Source: Malacoraja senta
Lineage: Eukaryota
Direction of reading: 5' to 3'
Assembly: GCA_038087875.1 (NCBI GenBank)
Contig: CM075997.1
Location: 2,420,001 to 2,484,000 of the forward strand
Length of the DNA: 64,000 bases
Positions within the stretch are counted from its first letter, which is position 1; every line of letters begins with the position of its first letter. Shown here piece after piece: positions 25,762 to 38,370 of this stretch. The position numbers and the translations under genes are program-made. Below the pieces are notes generated by a model. That model was not told the DNA's origin and made no database searches. It saw only the letters and a list, made by a program, of their open reading frames with translations.

Positions 25762-26195
25762 GCGTTTAACAGCACTGTGCCTGCATTCGCTGGAGTTTAG
25801 AAGCATGAGGGGGGAACCTCATTGAAACGTACAGAATAGTGAAAGGCTTGGATAGAGCGGATGTAGAGAGGATGTTTCCACTAATGAGAGAGTCTAGGAC
25901 TAGAGGTCATAGCCTTAGAATTAAAGGACGTTCCTTTAGGAGGGAGATGAGGAGGCATTTTTTAGTCAGAGGGTGGTGAATCTTTGTCACAGAAGGCTGT
26001 GGAGGCCAAGTCAATAGATATTTTTGAGGCAGAGATACTGTACATAGATTCTTAATTAGCTCGGGTGTCAGAGGTTATGGGGAGAAGGCAGGAGAATGGG
26101 GTTAGGAGGGAGAGATAGATCAGCCACGATCGAATGGCCGAGTAGACTTGATGGGCTGAATGGCCTAATTCTTCTCATTTCACTTGTGACCTTAT
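25762..26195 (+). mobile_element. CR1 LINE 3' fragment (older subfamily)
   Basis: ctggagtttagaag...gggagaaggcaggagaatggggtt 3' UTR; boundaries approximate. Confidence 0.85.
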
Positions 26196-26474
26196 GAAAG
26201 CTTTACAAGGATACAGGGCGATTGTAATATGAGTTTGTAGATTTGCTTCTGTGGCTAGCATGCAAATAGTCCCCTGGGTTAGGCACCATATTTGATAAGC
26301 AGGAATTGGAGGGATATGGATTATGTACAGGCAGATGAGATTAGTTTATCTTGGCATCAACATTCAGCACAAACATGATGGGCTGAAGGGCCTGTTCCTG
26401 TGCTGTACTGTTCTTTGATCCATGTTGTGATCTACCTGACATGTCGAAGAGGATTCTCCTAACCTTCTACAGGT

Positions 26475-26970
26475 GCTCCATGGTTGCATCGTGGCCTGGT
26501 TCGACAACTTGAACGTCCAGGAGTGAAAAAGACTACAAAAAGTTGTGACCACTGCCCAGTCCATCACCGGCTTTGACCTCCCCACCGTCGAAGGGATCTA
26601 TTGTAGTCGCTGCCTCAAAAAGACAGCCAAAATCATCAAGGACCCACACCATCCTGGCCATACACTTATCTCACCACTGCCATCAGGAAGAAGGTACAGG
26701 AGCCTGAAGACTGTAACATCCAGGTTCAGGAAGAGCTCCTTCCCCACAGCCATCAGGCTATTAAATACAACAAATAAGCTCTGAGCTCTGAACTGCAAAA
26801 GACTATATTATTATTTGTTATTTGCACTATATTTGTTATTTATTGAACTTTTTCTTTTTTTCCCCATTAAATACAATGTTTACATATTCACATATTCTGT
26901 TGTGCTGCAGCAAGTAAGAATTTCATTGTCCTGTCCGGGACGTATGACAATAAAACACTCTTGACTTGAA
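26475..26970 (+). mobile_element. Rex1/Babar-type LINE 3' fragment
   Basis: KIIKDPHHPGHTLISPLPSGRRYRSL...RFRKSSFPTAIRLLN; aataaa...cttgacttga tail. Confidence 0.82.
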
Positions 26971-26988
26971 TGGCAGAACACGCTGAAT

Positions 26989-27301
26989 GGGGCGGCACGG
27001 TGGAGCAGCGTTCGAGTTGCTGCCTGACAGCACCTTCAGCGCCAGAGTCCCGGGTTCGCTCCCGACTATGGGTGCTGTCTGTACGGGCTTTGTACGTTCC
27101 CACCGTGGGTTTTCTCCGAGATCTTCGGTTTTCCTCCCACACTCCAAAGACGTACAGGTTTATAGGTTCATTGTCTCAGTGTAAATGTAAATGGTCCCTA
27201 GTGGGTGTAGGATAGTGTTAATGTGCGGGGATCGCTGGTCGGCGCGGACTCGGTTGTCCGAAGGGCCTGTTTCCGCGCTGCATCTCTCAACTAAACTAAA
27301 C
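26989..27301 (+). mobile_element. V-SINE (HE1-like), full length
   Basis: A/B boxes, V-domain, CR1-like tail, (ctaaa)n end. Confidence 0.9.
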
Positions 27302-28975
27302 ATCAGATGATTCTCACCAGCAACTGAATTCAGGCATCTGAAAGATCGGCTCTGAGTCTCTATACTAAAAATGGCTGGGTTGAACATACAGTGGCATTTT
27401 TTCATAAGGATTAGCAATCAGATACACTCATTTACTGGAAGTATCCTATTTTAATATTTAAACTGCAAATTTCTCAGTTGGTAATCCATTGAATTCCGTT
27501 AAGAGGAGCAATTCTGTTGGTGAGAAAATAGCTCCCCCCGTCCCTTGGCTGTTTGTGTTCTGCTCATTAATGGGCCCAATGTGTGGAAGCCATGAATAAG
27601 TAATGATAGATAGCCCAAACACTGCTCCTTAAGATGTATGCTGCCTGCAAAATAAAAATTTTAAAAATCCGGCAGCATATCTGGCAAGGCTTGCAATTAT
27701 CCAGCTCCATACCACTGCTCTCACAAGTAATCAAAGTGAATCACATTTAATTCATTAGCCTGAAGTGCAGTGGGCACTACCTGGAGGCAAATACATCAAT
27801 AAGTCCAGACACAGCAAGATCCTGGAAATAATATTGAGATGAATGAATAGTTGGTCTATGGTTGATTGCCTTAGTTCATTAAGACAGTAATGACATCAGA
27901 GAAGGAGGTCCTTCTTTTTAATTGAATGCCGTCTCAAGTTACTTCATGTGTAAGGAGGAACTGCAGTTGCTGGCTTAAACCGAAGATAGACACAAAGCGC
28001 TGGAGTAACTCAGCGGGACAGGCAGCACCTCTGGAGAGAAGGAGTAGGTGATGTCTCGGGTCGAGACCCTTCTTCAGACTGAGTTTGTATGTTCACCCTG
28101 GGACAATTTACAATTATACCAAACCAATTAGCCTACAAACCTGTACGTCTTTGGAGTGTGGGAGGAAACCGGAGCACCCAGAAAAACCTACACGGTCATG
28201 GCGAGAGCGTACAAACTCCATACAGACAGCACCCATAGTCAGGATAGAACCCGGATCTCAGACGCTGTAAGGCTGCAACTCTACCGCTGCACCTCCGGGT
28301 TCGATCCTGACTATGGGTGCTGTCTGTACAGAGTTTATTTATGTCTTCCTTAGTGAAGACAGAACCAAAGTAGTTATTCAATTGGTCTGCCATGTCCTTG
28401 TTCCCCATGATCAATTCACCTGTTTCTGACTGCAAGGGACCTACGTTCTCCCCATGACCTGTGTGGGTTTTCTCCGAGATCTTCGGTTTCCTCCCACACT
28501 CCAAAGACGTACAGGTTTGTAGGTTAATTGGCTTGGTATGAATGTAAAATTGTCCCTAGTGTGTGTAGGATAGTGTACGTGCGAGTGGATCGCTGGTCGG
28601 TGAGGACCCAGTGGGCCAAAGGGCTTGTTTCCACGCTGTATCTCTAAACTAAAGTGCTGGAGTAACTCAGCGGAGGTATCTCCGGAGAAAATAATGGGTG
28701 GCATTTCTGGTCGGAACCCCCTCCAGCTTTGGTACCTGAACTGGGGGGGGGGGGGTCTGGAACTAGAGTTGGAAGCCCCAAGGCACAAGATGGAGGCGCA
28801 GGCAAGAGCGGAGGAAACACACGTGGATGTGGCAGCAAGTCCGGGTTAAAACATGGTCCTAGAGCCGAAGGGCAATAGGAATCACAGAGGGGGAGCAATG
28901 AGAGAGGGTCTCACAGAAGTCAGAGAGAGGAGGAGAACTTCTTCAAAGCAGGATAGATACAAAATGCTGGAGTAA

Positions 28976-29287
28976 AGGGCCTGTCCCACTGTACGAGTTC
29001 ATTCAAGTGCTCTCCCGAGTTTAAAAAAATCAAACTCGTGGTAAGCACGTAGAATGTACGTAGCGGGTACGTCGGAGCTCGGGACGTCTCTTAGCGGCTC
29101 GTAACGCTAACGGCAGGTACTCGGGAAACGCGGTAAGCTCGTGAAGACTCGTGAAGATTTTTCAACATGTTGAAAAATGTCCACGAGAGTCCCGAGTACC
29201 GACGAGCGGCTATTACCGTAATTCTCCGAGTTCGAATCAGGGGAAACTCGGGAGAACTCTTGAATTAGCTCGTACAGTGGGACAGGC
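28976..29287. mobile_element. PIF/Harbinger-type MITE with fused right end
   Basis: Left TAA plus agggcctgtcccactgtacgag; right TIR runs directly into the host repeat at gggacaggc. Confidence 0.87.
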
Positions 29288-29714
29288 AGCATCTCTGGAG
29301 AGAAGGAATGGGTGGCATTTCGGGTCGAGACCCTTCTTCGGGTTGAGACCCTCTTCAGACCTCTTCATAGTAGGCATACCCAGAGGAGATTTCACAGAGG
29401 AGCATCCCTGGAGAGCATGAACAGGTGATGTTTCAGGTCAGACAAAATTGCTGGAGAAACTCAGCGGGTGAGAAATCCATGTTTCTCCAGCATTTTTGTC
29501 TACCTTCGTTTTTCCAGCATCTGCAGTTCCTTCTTAAACATGTTTCAGGTCATGATGCGTCTTCAGACTGAAGGAGGGTCCCAACCCGTAACGTCACAAA
29601 TCCATGTTCTCCGGGGATGCTGCCTGATCCGCTGAGTTGCCCAGTATTTTGCTTTTTTTTCTGTAAACCAGCATCTGCAGTTCTTTGTATCTACAAGATA
29701 ACAGAGTGGGTACC

Positions 29715-30214
29715 TATTGAGGGAGTGCAGCGTAGGTTTACAAGGTTAATTCCTGGGATGGCGGGACTGTCATATGCTGAGAGAATGGAGCGGCTGGGCT
29801 TGTACACTCTGGAGTTTAGAAGGATGAGAGGGTATCTCATTGAAACATATAAGATTGTTAAGGGCTTGGACACGCCAGAGGCAGGAAACATGTTCCCGAT
29901 GTTGGGGGGAGTCCAGAACCAGGTGCCACAGTTTAAGAATAAGGAGTAAGCCATTTAGAATGGAGACAAGGAAACACTTTTTCCTCAGAGAGTGGTGTGT
30001 GGAATTCTCTGCCTCAGAGGGCGGTGGAGGCAGGTTCTCTGGATGCTTTCAAGAGAGAGCTAGATAGGGTTCTTAAAAATAGCGGAGTCAGGGGATATGG
30101 GGAGAAGGCAGGAATGGGGTACTGATTGTGGATGATCAGCCATGATCACATTGAATGGCGGTGCTGGCTCGAAGGGCCAAATGGCCTTCTCCTGCACCTA
30201 TTGTCTATTGTCCA
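29715..30214 (+). mobile_element. CR1 LINE 3' fragment
   Basis: [20 protein letters not shown]; (ctattgt)n tail. Confidence 0.92.
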
Positions 30215-31901
30215 TTGTACCAGATCTTGTGAAATTCAATATTGAGTCCCAGGAGCTGTGACATGCCCCGCTGAGGATTAGTGCCTTGAACGTCTGGTGG
30301 GCTTTGCTGGAACAATATAGGACGTTGAAGACAAAGCGGTCACAGTGGGGGAGGGATGGAGAGTTAATGTGACAAGTAAGTGGAATCTCAGGCATAGCCT
30401 TGCAGAATGAACACACTTCACAACGTTGTGTAGTCACTGTCACATTCTGTGGATGTCAAGAGTCTTTCCTCTTTTGTTTTATTAATTGTGCTGCACATGT
30501 TTGTATTGAAAGAGGGATTTGTGGAATAATTTTGATACATTGAAGTGGGCAACTCACTGGCCAGAAGATCGGTGAGAATCACTTAATCAGAGCAATCACG
30601 TTAATTGCAGATCAGAAAATCAGTGGGGACTTTTGGACTCAAAAGTAAACACAATCTGGCTGCCTCCGTAAGGTTCTGTGGTGGAGCTGGAAGCTAAAAC
30701 CTATTGAAGCGTGGTGTTTCAGCTGACTGTGAAGCTGCCCAGCGGTCCCTGCAGGCTCGATGCAGTGATAAATGAATAAGGAAAACACGGTGCAGTCTTG
30801 CAGACTCTGGACAGCATCGAGTATACTCTGCAAGCCTTGTAACTTGGCGTTGCCCAGGAGGTCAAGGTCCATAGGTTGTCGGAGCAGAATTAGGCCATTT
30901 GGCCTCATTCAAGTCCACTCTGCCATTCAATGGCGGTCACGGTCGGTGGCACAGCGGTAGAGTTGCTGCCTTACAGCAAAATGCAGCGCCAGAGACCCGG
31001 GTTCGATCTCGACTACGGGTGCTGTCTGTATGGAGTTTGTACGTTCTCCCCGTGACCTGCGTGGGTTTTCGACGAGATCTTCGGTTTTCTCCCACACAAG
31101 ACGTGCAGGTTTGTAGGTTAATTGGCTTGTTTAATTGGCTTGATAAAACTGTAAAATTGTCCGAGTTGGCGATATGTAGAGTACTGCCCTGCCGACTACA
31201 CAATTCAGAAGGTTCAATCATGGCTGGTCTATCTTTCCCTCTCAACCCCTTTCTCCTGCCTTCTCCCCATAACATCTGACACCCATACTAATCATGTATC
31301 TATCAATCTCCACCTTAATAATATTCAAAGACATATCCTCCACAGTCGTCTGTGGCAATGAATTCCAGAGATTCACCACCCTCTGACTAAAGAAATTCCT
31401 CCTCATCTCCTTTCTAAAGGTACGTCCTTTTGTTCTGAAGCTGTGGCCTCTATGGTCCTAGTGGAAACATCCTCTCCACATTCACTCTATCCAGCCTTTC
31501 ACTATTTGGTAAGTTTCAATGAAGTCTTCCTCTCATCCTTCTAAACTCCAGCGAGTACAGGCCCAGTGCCTTCAAATGCTCCTCATATGTTAAGGCGATC
31601 ATTCCATGGATCAAGTTACACTTCCAGCTGCTATCATCTTCTCACTAGAAATGACGATGTCCTAACCTGAATGGAATCTTGTGCGCTAGTATCTGAATCT
31701 TGTCTGATTACCTTCAGCTGAAGATGTGCAGCTTGAAAGAGTGCACCACCAGTCCCAATGCCATTGATACTCTACTCTCCAGACAGTCCACATTTGTAGA
31801 AGAGCGACGAAAAAAGATTCTGATTAAAAGTTTCATGAACTAATTTCATGAACAACTAATTCTTATGCAAAACCTGTCCGTTCGTTGGACGCAGCGTCAA
31901 T

Positions 31902-32196
31902 GTGGCGCAGCGGTAGAGTTGCAGCCGTACAGCGTCAGAGATCCGGGTTCGATCCTGACTACGTCTGCATGGAGTTTGTACACTCTCGCCATGACCGCGT
32001 GGGTTTTCTCTGGGTGCTCCGGTTTCCTCCCACACTCCAAAGACGTACAGGGTTGTAGGCTAATTAGTTTGGTATAATTGTAAATTGTCCCTGATGTGAG
32101 TAGGATATTGGTAGTGTGTGGGGTGATTGCTGGTCGGCGGGGACTCGGTGGGCCGAAGGGCCTGTTTCCGTGCTGTATCTCCAAACTAAACTAAAC
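31902..32196 (+). mobile_element. V-SINE (HE1-like)
   Basis: A/B boxes, V-domain, CR1-like tail, (ctaaa)n end. Confidence 0.9.
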
Positions 32197-32901
32197 GTAT
32201 CGCACACAACACCACAGGTGCGGTCTCACCAGGGCCCTGTACAACTACAGTAGAACCTCCTTCTACTTAAAGTCACGGGGGTTAAGTGGACATGTTCTGT
32301 TCACCCTCTTTGCTTCTTGACAGCGCTGACATTTCAAGTTAGGGATAAACAAAATGGCAGTCTTCACTCGCGGCTCACACACCATCCCCTGTGTCACGCT
32401 GCAGAATATTAACTAATCACTGTGCCCATCTGCCACTGACTCCTTGCTTTCACCTCCTCTGGAGAGTGTTGAGATGGGGATGAGTAAAATATTCATGAAC
32501 CTTTCAGGATCACAAGTAGACTAATAACCGCAAGTCAATGTTTTCTCCGGGCGTTCTCTGCAGCACTGGGACTCACGCCTTCAGCTTTTAGCAACCAGCC
32601 GGCTATATTTAACCCATTGTCAATCATAAAACTGCAAGTGCTGAGAATTTGAGAGAAAAATTTAAAATGCTGGAAACACTCAGCAAGTCAGGCAGCATCT
32701 GCGGAAAGTGAAACAGTCTGGGACATTTCCACCCTGGGTGAAAGGTTCTGGCTGTCTACCCTATCTGCGCATCATGATTTTAATTTAGTTTAGTTTAGTT
32801 TAGAGATATAGTGTGGAAACATGTCCTTCGGCCCACCGAGTCTGCACCGACCAGCGATCCCCGCACGCTAACACTATCCTACACACACTAGGGACAATTT
32901 A

Positions 32902-33187
32902 AGGGCCTGTCCCAATTTAAGGGCCTGTGAGTAGTCTCCTCAGTCCCCCAAAGAGTCGTAGCGTTTTACTGGTCGCCACTCCATTTTGAAATGTTCACAA
33001 CTCTTTGGCGACAGTCGGCGACCGTGGGCTTGTCGTAGCTTGTCTTCTCCTGACATAGGCGCTGTCGCCAGGATAACGTAGATTGTCGCCAGGATGATGT
33101 AGGTTGTCGCCGGTGCTGACTTCGGTGAATTCCATTGTCGTAGCCGCCGGCAGTCGCCTAAAAAATCGCCTAAGTTGGACAGGCCCA
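32902..33187. mobile_element. PIF/Harbinger-type MITE, rearranged, inserted in a V-SINE
   Basis: tta-agggcctgtccca ... ggacaggccca-tta. Confidence 0.75.
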
Positions 33188-33872
33188 TTAGCCCAGTCTA
33201 CGTTTTTTCGGCGACCCGCTACGACTATGACAGTTGCCGGCAGTCGGCAGGATCGAACCCGGGTCTCTGGTGCTGCAAGCGCTGTAAGGCAGCAACTCTA
33301 CCGCTGCGCCACCGTGCCGCATTGATGATCCAACAGCCTTCTTTATTGAGTGCGCATGTTATAAAATACAGTTGGATTACTAAAAATGGAAGTGCGTCGC
33401 GATGATCAATCAAACACAAGTCTTTCTTCCTTCCTGTCTAACAAGTAATTGGTGGCTGGTGTCAGTTAATGGAGTTGCAAGGTTACCTACTGTGTGTGCA
33501 CTCAAGTTAATTGCGAAAGCGGGTAATTCCTTTTGAGATTTTTGCTCAGTCAGTCTACTCTGGGAGGTTCTCTGTCTGGCTAAGGTTGTGACCTTAAATG
33601 TTCTTTATTCCGTGCTCTGAAAGGCACCAAGGTTTTCAGGGGCAGGGCGCATTTACTGGTGAGTGCATTTTTTATTTTCCATTCCTGTGATCAGTGCTTT
33701 AGACAGTAAAGGAAGCAAGCAGGACAAAATAGAAAGCAACCGTACACACCGAACCTCATTGTTGTTATTAATAAAAACGCAATACGTAGAGAAGCAGTTA
33801 ACTCCGAACTGAAGAAGTGTCCAGGGCCTGAAATGTCAAGAGTCAAGTGTGTTTTGTTGTCATATATCCCGA

Positions 33873-34010
33873 GGGGTGGGAGATTGCAACCCTCACGTGG
33901 TCCGCCTTGTTTCGACGAATGCAATCAACCCGGCGTGCACAATCAAATAAGATCAAATAGAACACGTTGTCCTCCAACTTTAGGCTGTACACGCCATACG
34001 CAAGAAGCAG
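33873..34010 (+). mobile_element. HDV-ribozyme-headed short retroposon, copy B
   Basis: TSD atat(a/g)tcccga at 33862-33872 and 34011-34021; starts GGGGTGG; L3 variant CUCACGU, J4/2 ACGAA. Confidence 0.88.
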
Positions 34011-34493
34011 ATATGTCCCGAAACGGAACAATGAAATTCTTACTTGCAGCAGCACAATAGATATGTGGATACCACAATAAACACCAAAAAAGGAGGGGCC
34101 ACTGTGGTGGATGTTTATGTCAAATTGTTATGTAGTTGTGTGTATTGTTGCTTTTTTGGTATGACTATGGCATATCAAATTCCTCATATGTTGCAAAACA
34201 TACTTGGCTAATAAATTATGATTAATTTGTACTCGCCAGAATTTAGAAGATTGAGGGGGGATCTTATAGAAACGTACAAAATTCTTAAGGGGTTGGACAG
34301 GGTAGATGCAGGAAGATTGTTCCCGATGTTGGGGAAGTCCAGAACAAGGGGTCACAGTTTAAGGATAAGGGGGAAATCTTTTAGGACCGAGATGAGGAAA
34401 ACATTTTTCACACAGAGAGTGGTGAATCTCTGGAATTCTCTGCCACAGAAGGTAGTTGAGGCCAGTTCATTGGCTATATTTAAGAGGGAGTTA

Positions 34494-36108
34494 CAGTGGC
34501 TTGCAAAAGTATTCATACCCCTTGAACTTTTCCACATTTTGTCACGTTACAACCACAAACGTAAATGTATTTTATTGGGATTTTATGTGATAGACCAACA
34601 CAAAGTGGCGCATAATTGTGAAGTGGATGGAAAATGATACATGGTTTTCAAATTTTTTTACAAATAAAAAACTGAAAAGTGTGGCGTGCAAAAGTATTCA
34701 GCCCCCTTTACTCTGATACCCCTAAATAAAATCCAGTGCAACCAATTGCCTTCAGAAGTCACCTAATTAGTAAATAGAGTCCACTTGTGTGTAATCTAAT
34801 CTCAGTATAAATACAGCTATTCTGTGAAGGCCTCAGAGGTTTGTTAGAGAACATTAGTGAACAAACAGCATCATGAAGCCCAAGGAACACACCAGACAGG
34901 TCAGGGATAAAGTTGTGGAGAAGTTTAAAGCAGGGTTAGGTTATAAAAAAATATCCCAAGCTTTGAACATCTCACGGAGCACTGTTCAATCCATCATCCG
35001 AAAATGGAAAGAGTATGGCACAACTGCAAACCTACCAAGACATGGCCGTCCACCTAAACTGACAGGCCGGGCAAGGAGAGCATTGATCAGAGAAGCAGCC
35101 AAGAGGCCCATGGTAACTCTGGAGGAGCTGCAGAGATCCACAGCTCAGGTGGGAGAATCTGTCCACAGGACAACTATTAGTCGTGCACTCCACAAATCGG
35201 GCCTTTATGGAAGAGTGGCAAGAAGAAAGCCATTGTTGAAAAAAAGCCATAAGAAGTCCCGTTTGCAGTTTGCCACAAGCCATGTGGGGGACACAGCAAA
35301 CATGTGGAGGAAGGTGCTCTGGTCAGATGAGACTAAAATTGAAGTTTTGGGCCTAAATGCAAAACGCTATGTGTGGCGGAAACCTAACACTGCACATCAC
35401 CCTGAACACACCATCCTGTGTGAAACATGGTGGTGGCAGTATCATGCTGTGGTGATGCTTTTCTTCAGCAGGGACAGGGAAGCTGGTCAGAGTTGATGGG
35501 AAGATGGATGGAGCCAAATACAGGGCAATCTTGGAAGAAAACCTGTTAGAGTCTGCAAAAGACTTGAGACTGGGGCGGAGGTTCACCTTCCAGCAGGACA
35601 ACGACCCTAAACATACAGCCAGAGCTACAATGGAATGGTTTAGATCAAAGCATATTCATGTGTTAGAATGGCCCAGTCAAAGTCCAGACCTAAATCCAAT
35701 TGAGAATCTCTGGCAAGACTTGAAAATTGCTGTTCACAGACGCTCTCCATTCAATCTGACTGAGCTTGAGCTATTTTGCAAAGAAGAATGGGCAAAAATT
35801 TCAGTCTCTAGATGTGCAAAGCTGGTAGAGACATACCCCAAAAGACTTGCAGCTGTAATTGCAGCGAAAGGTGGTTCTACAAAGTATTGACTCAGGGGGG
35901 CTGAATACATTTGCACGTGACACTTTTCAGTTTTTTATTTGTATAAAAATTTGAAAACCATGTATCATTTTCCTTCCACTTCACAATTATGCGCCACTTT
36001 GTGTTGGTCTATCACATAAAATCCCAATAAAATACATTTACGTTTGTGGTTGTAACGTGACAAAATGTGGAAAGGTTCAAGGGGTATGAAAACTTTTGCA
36101 AGCCACTG
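34494..36108 (+). mobile_element. Full-length Tc1/mariner (DD34E) DNA transposon, Passport-like, IR/DR type
   Basis: About 213-bp TIRs (34494-34706 and 35896-36108) starting cagtggcttgcaaaagtattca, with an inner repeat of tgcaaaagtattca; TA TSD at 34492-93 and 36109-10; splits a CR1 tail (gggagt-TA-gatgtggccc). Confidence 0.97.
34873..35890 (+). pseudogene. Tc1 transposase, disrupted
   Basis: Paired-like HTH with [19 protein letters not shown] and SPDLNPIE motifs (D34E spacing counted); 2-nt frameshift near 35416-35419 and in-frame TGA at 35453-35455 in the IMLW(G)CF motif. Confidence 0.93.
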
Positions 36109-36356
36109 TAGATGTGGCCCTTGTGGCTGAAGGGATCAGGGGGTATGGAGAGAAGGCAGGTACAGGATACTGAGTTGGATGATCAGCCATGATCATATTG
36201 AATGGCGGTGCAGGCTCGAAGGGCCGAATGGGATACTCCTGCACCTATTTTCTATGTTTCTATGTTTCTATGTAAGATTATGATTATGATTATGAAAAGT
36301 TCAGTGTGTATGTGTCAGTGCCTGAACTTTATTATTTGTTTGATATATATATTGGA

Positions 36357-37178
<822 letters not shown>

Positions 37179-37366
37179 CTGTCCACTGATGTCTGATATA
37201 CTGTCACCGTCAAGTGTTGACTGGTGCCATAGGAGCTCCTGCTTTGAGTTTGTTTGTAAACTTTCCGTTATAATGTACTGCAGCCTGAAAACACACAGGT
37301 ACGGAGATACATTGTTAATTGGGATTTCTCAACGTGTGAAATAAAGGAAGGTTGCAAATACTGTAC

Positions 37367-37408
37367 CTCCTCCACCAGTTGCAGCATGCGACGAGTACTC
37401 TCCAGCGA
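37367..37408 (-). CDS. snap25: SNAP-25 exon 3 (42 nt): SLESTRRMLQLVEE
   Basis: Polypyrimidine tract plus cgcag acceptor, gtacag donor; size and peptide are typical of SNAP25 exon 3. Confidence 0.97.
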
Positions 37409-37626
37409 CTGCGGAGAAAGAGAGAGAGAGAAACAGAAAGTTAGATCAATGAAGATAAACACTAATGCTTCATTTTACCAGTAATTTAATAAAAAATATA
37501 ACCTGGTGCATCAGAGCACTGGTGATAAATACTCTGTATTATTCTCGTATCCATGCCACCAAATACAGGGACTGAGAAGATGATCCCAGAACGACGAGTA
37601 TATATTGACAGAGATCAACAATATTA

Positions 37627-37853
37627 AGGCCCTGTCCCACTTTCACCTAATTCAAGACCTTTTTTATCATGTTGAAAAAGCGCCCGGACCTCCTTGACCT
37701 ACTTGATGCCACGAGTATCTACGACTAGCATCACGACCTACCTACGACCTACCTACGACCTCCTACAACCTCGTGATGACCATGCTGCGAGTATGAGTCA
37801 AGGGCAAACTCGGCAGAGGTCGTGAATTAGGTCGTGAAAGTGGGACAGGCCCT
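37627..37853. mobile_element. PIF/Harbinger-type MITE
   Basis: TIR aggccctgtcccactttcac / gtgaaagtgggacaggccct; TTA TSD; (acgacct)n inside; same subfamily as 52679. Confidence 0.88.
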
Positions 37854-38302
37854 TTAGGAAGAGACAACAGAAGATGTACACACTAGCATATACTCCAAAG
37901 AGAGGAATTCTTGGCCAAGCTGGCCATCCGCGAGTCACGGCGCCAGGCGGAAGAGGGTTTTGCCTGATGCTTGCCCCTTTACTGGGGTTGTATAGTAGTT
38001 ATTGGAGTATTTGTCAAATAGTTGTTTGATGATTTTGTAACGTGGTGGGTATGTCACCACAGTTTTATTTTTTTGGATTTTAGTGTCGTGTTGAAATTAA
38101 ATAAATTATTTTTTGATACATAGTTCAAATTCAGTCAATGGCTGGTTTCATCCATGCTTCTGGGAGAAGGAAGTAAAGACAATTCAGGCTATTATCTGTA
38201 GCAAGGTCCCCTTGTCTCACGTGTAGGAAAGAACTGCAGACGCTGGTTTAAATCAAAGACACATAATGCTGGAGTAACTCAGCGGGACAGGAAGCATAAT
38301 GG

Positions 38303-38330
38303 GACGTTTCGGGTCGAGACCCTTCTTCAG
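38303..38330 (-). ncRNA. Minimal hammerhead ribozyme motif, sense to the snap25 pre-mRNA
   Basis: gacgtttcgggtcgagacccttcttcag is the reverse complement of the intact core. Confidence 0.7.
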
Positions 38331-38342
38331 ATCTGAAAAAGT

Positions 38343-38370
38343 CTGAAGAAGGGTCTCGACCCGAAACGTC
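38343..38370 (+). ncRNA. Minimal hammerhead ribozyme motif (Penelope-type)
   Basis: Exact CTGAAGAAGGGTCTCGACCCGAAACGTC. Confidence 0.75.

Larger units (their letters stand above)
34226..36270 (+). mobile_element. CR1 LINE 3' fragment interrupted by the Tc1 element
   Basis: CR1 sequence is continuous across the TA site once 34494-36108 is removed. Confidence 0.92.
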
